Assembly: GCF_009914755.1 (NCBI RefSeq)
Contig: NC_060925.1
Strand: one strand, 5' to 3'
Source of the DNA: the human T2T-CHM13v2.0 reference genome, Homo sapiens
Length of the DNA: 64,000 bases
Shown: piece by piece, positions 53,417 through 64,000 of the stretch
Position numbering within the stretch: the stretch's first letter is position 1
Layout of the letters: each line of letters starts with the position of its first letter
Translations under genes and position numbers: made by a program
Notes under the pieces: model-generated
Databases searched by the model: none
What the model was told of the DNA's origin: nothing
The model's input: only the letters and a program-made list of their open reading frames with translations

Positions 53417-55832
53417 GCCTGCTTTGGGAACATTCAGGGGATATTTCCCATACTTAAAACTAACCAGCAAGAAGGACTAGATATTAAAATTGATGATAAA
53501 GTAGTCAGAGTTCTGGTTGACACTGGGGCTACTCTGTTCTACTCTATTTGTCCTTAACCCCGACATGCTTTCAATGACCTCTCCCCAGAGTTCTGAATTC
53601 ATCCAAATGGTCAAGGTAGCCAACCAGCCTATGACAGATCCTAAATCTCTACCAATTTTCCATTTCAACTAGGATCTCTCACTATCAGTCATTGCTTTTT
53701 GCTTGTCCCATCAGCTCCCATACACCTCCTGGAAAGGGATTTCTCAGAAGCCTACCAGGCCCATATTTTATTCTCCCAAAAGGAGGAAATAATGCTTAAA
53801 CTATATTCACCAGGAGATTTTTGCCACAGAAGCAGCTCTTACCCAAATACTCATCTATTCAGTTAGCCTCACCATTACCCATCTTGCCTTCCAAGAGCTA
53901 CCTGATAGCCTTTGGCACAATCCAACACTGATGTTGGTCACAGCCATTCAGCACCTCCAATTAAAATCCACATTAACCATAATAAACCCCTCTCCAGTGT
54001 CAAACGATATCCCCTAGATCCTGAGGCCCTGGCTGGCAGACAACCCATAATGGATGATTTTATACCAAAAAAAAAATTTGTCCCTGCACCAGTCCTTGCA
54101 ATACCCCCATCCTACTCATCCACAAGCCCAACAGTACAGGATGGCAATGTGTTCAGGATCTCTGGGCTATCAGTAACACAGTCAATCCCCAACACCCGTG
54201 GTTCTCAATCCCTATGCCCTATTTTCTAATGCTTCCCCTGAAATTTCCAGCTATCAATCTTTGTAGTGTCCTTTCCAGTATACCTATAGCTCCTGACAGC
54301 CAATACCTTTTTGCCTTAACTTGAGAAGGCCAACAATACACCTTGGTTGTCCTTCTCCAAGGGTATGCAGCAAGCCCAACCTACTTCTCCCAGATCCATA
54401 GGGCCAATTTAGCTACCATTTCTTTTTGGTGAGGGTCCACTTTACTCCAATATGTCAATGATTCATTCTTTTTTTCAATATGTTGATGATTTGTTCTTAT
54501 GTTCCCCTTCCTAAGAGGTTTGCCTCCTTGGCAGCCTCTACCTACTTACTACACAATCTATCCTCTAAGGGACACAAAGTCTCCAAAGAAAACTAATTTT
54601 GTCAGACCTCTGTCAAATTCACGGGATATTTCCTAAGCCCCTCTTAGAGGTTAGGAGGTATCCTAGGAATTCAATAGAGGTAGACCCCTTGTGCCTACAA
54701 TGTATATTGGCCTTTCCCCTTTGCCAAAGAGACAATTTTCTGGATTCTTGGGACTTGCAGGCTGTTGCTGAAATTGGCTTCTCAATTTTTCCTTAATGTC
54801 TCAGTTTCTCTGTAATCTCCTTAAAAGTTTCTCTCCCAATTCCATCCAATGGACTTTTGATGCCCAGGAGTCCTTTGAGAATACAAAAACTCAACTTACC
54901 TTGGCCCCAACCTTAGGACACTCTAATTATAACCTCTCTTTTAATCTGTTCACTCATGAATGCAAAGGGAATGCTCTGGGAGTTTTTACTCAACCTCTTG
55001 GAGGACAAAATAGACACATGGGATGCTATACTCAACAGATTATGTTCCTCAAGGACTTCCTTCTCACCTCAAAATGGCTTCTGCTGTTTTTATCCTTGTA
55101 AAAGCCACAGGAAAGATAGTGATGGGGTTTCCTCTCATTGTTTATGTTCCTTACTCTCTCAAGGCTCTTCTCAATTCTCATCACACTCAACATCTCCCTG
55201 CTAGCCTCCCGACTTTACCTGATGTAATTTTCTGGATCCTTCCACCTTATTTCCCCTTCCAAAAGATGACATTCCCTATGACTGTGCTACCTGAACAGAT
55301 CAACTTCTCACCCCTTGGCTAGATCTCTGGGAGGCTCCCTTACCCAATACAGACTATAACTGGTTTACTGATGGGTTATAACTGAGGGGACCCAGTGGCA
55401 AATACCTAACTAGAAACTTGTTGTCTCTCTTAACCAGATTATTGAGTCTGGTCCCTTTCCTGATGCCATATCTGTCCAACAAGCAGAACTACATGTTTTT
55501 ACTAGGGCATGTCTTTTAGCTAAAGATAAAACAGCCAATATTTATGTAAACAGTAGTCATGCCTTTAGAGAGTAGCTCATGATTTTGGCATGCTTTGGAA
55601 ATAAAGAGGCTTCCTTACCTCATCTGGAAAGAAAATAAAAAACAAAGACCATGTCTTGGCACTCCTCAATGCCATTCAAGCTCCAAGAGCTTTAGCTATT
55701 ATTAAAGTTCAGGGACATTCCTCTGCCCAAAATAAAGAAACATTTGGAAACAAAATGGTTGATATCGCTGCCAAGTCATCCATGTCCCAAAATATAACAT
55801 AAATTCTATTAATCAAAAGCTCGCCTATTTCT

Positions 55833-56102
55833 TTTTCTTTTTCTTTTTTTTTTAATTTTACTTTAAGTTCCAGGATACAAGTACAGAAGTGTAGGTTTGT
55901 TACCTAGGTATACATGTGCCACGGTGGTTTGCTGCACCTATTAACCCATCATGTAGGTTTTAAGCCCTGCATGCATTAGGTATTTGTCTTAATGCTCTCC
56001 CTCCCCTCGTCCCCCACCCCCCGACAGGCCCCGGTGTGTGTTGTTCCCCTTCCTGTGTCCATGCGTTCTCATTGTTCAACTCCCACTTATGATGAGAACA
56101 TG
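55833..56102 (-). mobile_element. L1PA 3' fragment inserted in pol
   Basis: Antisense L1PA 3'UTR; 16-bp TSD aagct(c/t)gcc(t/c)atttct at 55817-55832 and 56103-56118. Confidence 0.92.
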
Positions 56103-56389
56103 AAGCTTGCCCATTTCTGCCCTACTTCCAGTTCCCCAGTTATACCAAACGCTGGCTAAATCTCAGGCTATCTCAATGAAGGATAAAAGTGGGAAACTGC
56201 TTGAAGAATGTTGTTCTTTTGACTTTTTGCAGCCCTCTGGGTGGGTTCCAATTGCCACCCTGTTCTCCCTAATGGCCTCTAAAAGGATATTTTAACTTTC
56301 ATTCATGACCTAACCATTGGAACATGGAAAAAACGGTCTAATGAGGGAAATAATAGTGTTGGGGTCCCTCTCTCACTATTGCCCACCTT

Positions 56390-56661
<272 letters not shown>

Positions 56662-57441
56662 CTACTTAACTGGGCAAAATCTGTCCACAGTACAATCCTG
56701 GAAAACGATTACATGCCCCCATGGACCACTTTTCACTACCAAATGCCCCTTCAAGATATGGCAACAAGATTCAGTTCAACTTTCTACCTCACAAGGGTAC
56801 CAGTATGTGTTGGCTATGGTTTGAATGTTTTCACATTGGCCTGAAGCTTTCCCCTGTCATCAGACCATAGCCATGGCAGTAGCTAAGGCCCTAGCAGAAA
56901 AAAATTATACTAACCTGAGGAGTCCCACGAGAACTTCACAGTGACTCAGGAGCTTGTTTTACAGGGCAAATTATTAAAAGTGTTTCTAAAATTTGGTCTA
57001 TCAACATTTCTGTGCTTACCATCCCCAGCCCTCCAGAGCAATAGAACGAGCCAATGGAATAATAAAAATCCAATAGGTAAAAATCTGTGCAGTCTTTAAC
57101 CTGCCATGGCCCAAGGCTCTTCTTTTAGTCATCCTCAACTTTCATTCCACTTCTACAGAAAAACATAAATTATCTCCTTTGGAAATTATTAGCAGCCACC
57201 CTATGTGCCTAGATGAAATACTTCACCAGCCAGTACTCATCAAAGGAGGCCTCCTACATTAGTGCAAGGAGCTCATTAATGTCTGCAACATAGTATTAAC
57301 TTTGTCAAATATTCCTTTAATTGTGTGCTCCCAGGAGACGAAGAACATCCTTTTAACTTCAGACCTGGAGACTTTGTGTATTGGAAAAGACATCAGCTTA
57401 AGAATTCCCTCCAGCCTTTCTGGAAGGGACCAGGTACTCTT

Positions 57442-57808
<367 letters not shown>

Positions 57809-58061
57809 TCTATCAGGTACTCTTAACTGACTCATGTGCTGCTAAATTACAAAGCACTGACTCATGGATTATTATTTATCATTTTAAAAAGTCTTCTGAT
57901 CCTCCTCCTAAGTGAACCTCCCAACCTGTCACTGATAGCAAACTTAAGTTGATCAAAGTAGAGCTGGCAGGACAAGAAGACAACATCTGATGGAGTCTAC
58001 TTTCTCCCAAGATACCAGACTTAGCCCATAAGCTTCTGCAAACTGTGGGACATCTTGCCTG

Positions 58062-59604
58062 ATGAACTTCTCATAAACCCTTCTTTTACCTAATGTTGTA
58101 CTTTCTCCTTCTCCTTCCTTTACTACCCTTGCCATTTCTTCCTACTGATGGAAAGATGATTCCTTAATACAACTATCCCAATCCTTTGCCTCTGCAGGCA
58201 ACTTAACTGAATGTTGGTTATGCCACCTTTCCCCAGCCAGACCATTTGGAGAAACCAATGACCCTCTGATCATCTCAGTTACCAACCTCACTCACAGGCC
58301 CAACTGCTCAGCACCCCTTTTTGAACCACTGGCTGTAGCCTATTGGATGATCACCTGTGCTCCTGAAGTTCTCCCTGCTTTTTCCTCACTGGGATATCCC
58401 ATGAAAATCTTTGTTTCTCTGCCTGTCATTTCCTCCACTTGGAATGAATACTCACTGCCCCTCTGTTCTGCATACCTCACAGAATCCTGTAAAAATAAAA
58501 TGTTTAGTGGAACCCCCCCTCTGAAGATTATATGAAAGAAACCATGGAGTTTCCCCCTTGACTTCCCAGGTCTTCCAGTTAAATCATACCTCTCTGTCTT
58601 TACCTAAGACCAGCTCTTGGTTTGACCGAACCCTCTTTTTTGTCTGTAAGTGGCTCCTTGGATTTTTATAACCTCTTGGGACAATTATGTTTCCCTCCAG
58701 GCTGTCTTTTTGGCTGCAGGTATCTTGGCTGAGATTTTGCCTACCATTGTCTCAGGTCCTGGGAAAATGCAGGCATTTGGTTTCTGGGTTGAGTTTTTCT
58801 CCTATCACCATTATCTCCCTAACTCTGAGACTATAAAGTCTGTATTCCAGGGTCAGGGTCAAAAGAGTCCTATAAATAATTGATGAGTACCCTGGTGACA
58901 ACCCCTCAGACTATGAAGATGACAGTTGTGAACACTGCCAAGGATGCAGTTTACCCAGAGGTGTGAACCCAAGTAGAGGAGCTATAGATTAGGAAGGATT
59001 CCAGGGTAATGATTTTGACTGAGCCATGCTTGGGAGAAATATATGTTGAGACACCTTTCCCACACTGTTAAGAGAATGGCCCAGCCCACCACTCAAGCCA
59101 TCATGGCACAACAGACGTCCCTACTTTCCCTTGCTTATGTGGTCCTGGACAACTGCATTGCATTAGACTATCTCCTTGGGTGGTGTTTGTGTGGTCACTA
59201 ACACTTCTCATTGCACCTGGGTAAATACTGCCAGTCAGTTGAATTAGAAATATCCAAGATCCTAAAGCTAGCCAAATCTCTGAAAGGGACACCTTCAGAA
59301 AGCCCTTGACTGGATCTACTACAACTTCTGTCTGGTATAGTATCCCTTTTGTGTTCCCCTCTACAATGCTTACTTAATGATCCTCCTCATACTTGGACTA
59401 AGTATTTGGCTCCTCTTTAAAATCATTCTTGCCTGTTTTAAGAGATGTCTGCAAGAGACTCCCACCAGAATCATGCTGACCCAATACCTTAAGACTTTAA
59501 ACTCACTCCATCCAGAAATACCAGAAATGAACCAACTTAACCCAAGATACTTTAATTCAAATTTAACAGGTACCTGTTTGCCTCTTGTAGGTAAATGGCT
59601 CTAG
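58062..59604 (+). pseudogene. env: env remnant (gamma-type)
   Basis: AGNLTECWLCH (CWLC 58212-58223); ISD VLDNCIALDYLL (59142-59177); GGVCVVTNTSHCTWVN (decayed CX6CC); hydrophobic anchor ILLILGLSIWLLFKIILACF. Confidence 0.88.
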
Positions 59605-59758
59605 TTGCTCAACTAACCACTGCCCTGCCATGAGGATCCCAGTGTGGGACTAGATGGGCCCAGAGAAGGAAGCCGACCACTCTGGCACCATGATGGGACA
59701 TAACCCACCACCAATCACCAGAGCTGTCTGATGACAGGTTTTGATCAAAAGCAGGAAC

Positions 59759-60221
59759 TGTCTACTTTGAAAAAGCCAGTTCTTCAAGATTGATCGTGAA
59801 TGATTAACTGAGCCTAAATTCAAATGGACCCAAGCGGCCATTTACTGACTAAAGGTTAAACATGTACTCTGTACTCCTGGAAAAACCACACACTCCATAA
59901 CTTTGGGACACTCATATCTGTCCCTTTTTATGCTGCCTGAATCAATGGCTGCCAACACCTGGACCCAACCAATAAACTATAACCTCTGGTCAATCTTAAC
60001 ATCAACCAGTAAGAACTAAGCAAGTTTGCAACCCTCATTTGCATAGCATACTGGAGTGGAAGCCTGGGAAAAAACTTTTTCTATAAAGGACAACCCCTTT
60101 CTTTGTTCCAGTTGAGTGTACCTTTGTTGTATTGGAGGCTGCATCTCCCTGGTTTGCAAACTGCTCACAGAAATAAAGTGTCTCTTAATCTAATGCTTCT
60201 TTCTCAATAGTTTTGTTAACA
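59759..60221 (+). repeat. 3' LTR preceded by polypurine tract
   Basis: aaaagcaggaac|tgt; TATA-like ctataaa (~60081); aataaa (~60172). Confidence 0.9.
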
Positions 60222-60360
60222 AATCAACCTTGATGGTAATTTGGTTTCTCAGACTTTTCTATGGTAGAAAGATTGAGTTGACTAATCAACACATTTTAGG
60301 AATTATATTTCTCAGCACAGAATAAATAGAATGAGGCAATGGGTTCCTAGTCTCTCTTGC

Positions 60361-60496
60361 TAGGGTATAGTATTACCACCAAATGGGATTCCCAGACCCT
60401 GGTTTGCTGAAGAAGACTTTTCTGATTTTAAACCCCAAAATCCTATGCCCTGGGAAGTGCCTCATTCCTGGGAAGACTGAGACTGCTTGTCACCCT
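60361..60496. mobile_element. Possible MER94-like hAT MITE
   Basis: tagggt..gtcacccta inverted termini with a degenerate interior. Confidence 0.4.
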
Positions 60497-60849
60497 ACCA
60501 CCAGGACAAGAGCCTCCTGAGAATCGAAGTTGAGCACCAGAGTCTTGATCTTTGAGGACAATTGTCCAGTCCCACTGGCACATGTTTATTCTGTCCCCAC
60601 GAGAAGCCACAGCCTGCCAGGCATTCAGTGAGGCTCACTATCTTAACTGAAGCACATTTAATCTGTAAATATCTGGAAAGCAGATCCAACACCCGAAGGC
60701 TGTCATTATAACTCCCTGTAAAGAAAGCCATTACTAAAAGCAGAGAAGTCCAGTAATGGAACGGGTCCAGGGCCAAGGAGTAGGTTTTCTGACAGTATTC
60801 CTAGACAGACCAATTGCTCCTCTCTCACAGATAATCCCTAGACCAGCAT

Positions 60850-61010
60850 GGCAAAATTTAGTGAGTGAGTTGTTAAAAATTGCAGATTCCTGAGTGATTT
60901 TCCCCCATATTCTGCTTTGGTATATCCAAGGGTAAAGCCAAGGATTCTGCATTTTTAAGTTTCACCATCCATGCTGGTGATCTATAGACCACACTTTGAG
61001 AACCACAGCC
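60850..61010. mobile_element. MER5A-like hAT fragment
   Basis: ttgttaaaaattgcagattcctg..ttctgcatttttaag..accacactttgagaaccac. Confidence 0.7.
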
Positions 61011-61155
61011 TTAAAGAAATTGGAACACTAAATGTTTTCATACTCCTGTAGTTTCCAAATATATGTATTACTCATATATATCATCTTCTAGAATCTAATC
61101 AATTTTATTTCATCTAATTTAAATATAGTTGTAGCCATTAAACTTTTAAGTGTGT

Positions 61156-61466
61156 AGCCAGGCCCAGTGGCTCACCTCTGTAATCCCAGCACTTTGGGAG
61201 GCTGAGGCGGGCAGATCACTTGAACCCAGAAGTTCGAGATCAGCCTGGGAAACATGGTGAAACCCCATCTCTACGAAAATACAAAAAATTAGCTGGCCAT
61301 TGTGGCATGTGCCTACTGTAGCCCCAGCTACTCAGGAGGCTGAGGTGGGAGAATCACTTGAGCCCAGGGGTTTGAGGCTGCAGTGAGCTGGGATCATGCC
61401 ACTGCACTGAGTGACACAGCAAGATCTTGTCTCAAAAAACAAAAACAAAACACAAAAACCAAAAAA
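61156..61466 (+). mobile_element. AluJ
   Basis: Dimeric Alu; TSD aaacttttaagtgtg. Confidence 0.9.
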
Positions 61467-61519
61467 CTTTTAAGTGTGCTTTAATCTCTGTTCCTTGGCA
61501 TTTTTCTCATATAAAGAAA

Positions 61520-61907
<388 letters not shown>

Positions 61908-63236
61908 TGAGTGAATTCATAGAAGACAGAAGAAGACTTCAGGGGCTGTGTCTATGTTGCAAACAGTTTTCTGCCAGCTGCCCCAGATCTCAGGAACTAA
62001 AAAAATCACTTTATTGGAACCACCTTGCTGGGCCTCTCCCTCCCTGTTCAGAGCAGCTAATGAGGGGTCTGGAGAGTAGCTCTATTAAACAAAACGCAAA
62101 GAGTGCGTTGGGTGGTGGTATCTCATGTTAATGGTACAAAGCCTTCTCTCTGTTTGTTTTGCATATAGAATTCATTATATGGCATCAGCTGTCTCTGATT
62201 TCTTTTTTCCCCAAGAGGGAGACCATTAGAAGCAGGTGAAGACAGAATTATAACGAGCCCAAATCAGATTGCTGTTGGGATTTTATGCAGAGGAGCTTTT
62301 GTTTTCCTCTTCAAGTCTGCTTGAATTCCTCCCAGCTACTTCAGGCTTCTGCCTCTGCTCCACTGGCTCCCTGAAGCAGGCACCAAATGCTGGGGTTGCC
62401 TGTTATCAGAGCAAAACAAACACCTTCTGCCTCCAGCCCCGTTGTTCCAGTGAATATGGAAAGTTTGTGTGGCTGACTGGGTTTCGGGGAGATGCATTTG
62501 GCTGCCTCTCCTCACCTATTTCGTTTGTGCTCTATTAATCAAATGACTTGTGTTCCCCCCCCCCCCAAGCGCCCTTAAGATTGCTAATTAGTTACCTTAG
62601 GTCAGTTGGAGGCAATTTTCTCCATTTTATAGAAAATAACAGAGCAGCATCCCTCCTCCGAAGAAATAAGAATAACCCAGGCCCCCATCACCGGTGAAGG
62701 TCAAATGAGGGGTCTTTTCTCTGTGGAACAAATACCGGAGGAATAGCCACTCCATGCAAGAGACTAGGTGCTCCAGTGATTACAAAATGAGTTTGCAGCA
62801 CACACACAGTTTCTGGTCCTCAAGAATCCCATCCATCTCCTTACCTCCTCCTTTCCCCTAGAGAGGAACTCAGAGTTCGACTTTTCTCTCTTTCTCCCTT
62901 TGCTGTGTTACTATTTCCATGAGCTCTCCTGGAGTTTTCTCTCCTTGATGGTCCTCTGGGTGCCATCTTTATACTCACCCCCAGACAGAGTGATGAATGG
63001 CGTCTTCTCAAGGTGTTCTTTTACAGGTAGAATCGCAGCGATGATACCTGGAAAAAATCTATCAACACTCCATGGTGTCTTGGTTTTGGGATTGGACAAC
63101 GATTTATGCCTTTAATTTAGGGAGCTGGTTTCCCTTGTTTTATCTTTCAGGGGACAAGCCCAGCCCATTTAGGCTGTCAGTGAGCGGCAGTACCATCGAC
63201 AGTCTAAACATTCTCTAGACCTTAATATTATTCTCA

Positions 63237-63653
63237 TGTTAAATTCAGTTTAGCCTAAAGCTGCCTCCTTACCTATTTAAAGTTCAGCCTAAACGTTGCT
63301 CCATACATAGTGAACCCAATTGGATGTGTAAAGAGACCGTAACCTACTCTTGGAACAAGTAGCCGAGTCTCAGCCAATCACAAAAGCTGTACTTCAACCA
63401 ATCACAGGCAGCCAACTGTTCAAACTGTATTCAAATAAGGCAAATACCGAGCTGCAGCCAATCGGGCTGTTTCTGTGCCTCACTTCTGCTTTCTGTACGT
63501 CGCTTTCTCCTTTCTGTCCATAAATCCTCTCCCACCACGTGGCAAAGCCAGGGTCTGAATCTGCTCTGGCTCAGGGGCTGCCTGATATGTGAAACGTTCT
63601 TGGCTCAATTAAACTCTGTTAAATTTAATTTATCCAAAGCTTTTCTTTTAATA
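63237..63653 (+). mobile_element. MER57-like ERV1 solo LTR
   Basis: tgttaaattcagtttagcctaaagctgcctcctta start; several CCAAT boxes; flanks ctca/ttca. Confidence 0.85.
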
Positions 63654-64000
63654 TTCAGGTGGCCCAAACAGAGCCAAGAAGAAGACAAGAAACTTAGGGA
63701 AGTGGGAATTGGGGGTGAAGAGACTAGGGGATCTCAAATAAGAGAGAAGATGGCAAGGATAGGGAGGAAAAAATAGAAACGAACTCCAGAAAAGAGAGAC
63801 TTGAGTGAGAACCTGAACTAAGAATTCCAAATTAAGTTTTATTTCTTATACCCTAAGTATAGAAAATACATTGTACAGACAGTCCTTGTTTTGCATGCAA
63901 GAATTTCAGTTTTTACAGTTGAGTTAAAACTGTACTAGTGATCCAAGTATATACTGGCAGTCTTCCTGTGTATACCAGTCCCTCAGAAACATCGTTCAGC

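Noticed and set aside
58062-59604. Possible domesticated (syncytin/HEMO-like) env
   Set aside because: Multiple stops and frameshifts, deletion after the ISD, broken CX6CC; longest listed ORFs are under 80 aa
63874-64000. Possible Tigger-like transposon terminus (tacagacagtcc..)
   Set aside because: Too short and cut by the window edge to assign

Overview
Primate (human-like) non-coding, repeat-dense DNA. I see no credible host protein-coding gene, tRNA/rRNA or CRISPR array; every listed ORF is explained by Alu, L1, LTR or simple-repeat sequence or is short chance coding potential. The dominant feature is a ~9.3 kb decayed but structurally complete class I (ERV1, gamma/epsilon-like) provirus at 50889-60221 (LTR, PBS-Leu, gag-pro-pol, env, PPT, LTR). 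Around it are many solo LTRs (several with readable TSDs), Alus, L1/L2/MIR fragments, MER20 and a TG-rich VNTR. The most unusual signals are local templated-copy scars: (1) an AluJ carrying a ~200 bp inverted copy of DNA from ~2.2 kb downstream, plus a fold-back hairpin; (2) a complex Alu insertion in the proviral integrase whose junction contains an 18-nt inverted copy of DNA ~5.7 kb away, with a junction-spanning segment duplicated ~1 kb upstream; (3) an inversion/deletion in a nested LTR cluster. These are rearrangement scars, not evidence of a new gene system. Repeat subfamily names are recalled from memory of consensus sequences and need RepeatMasker/Dfam confirmation; identities are hand counts.
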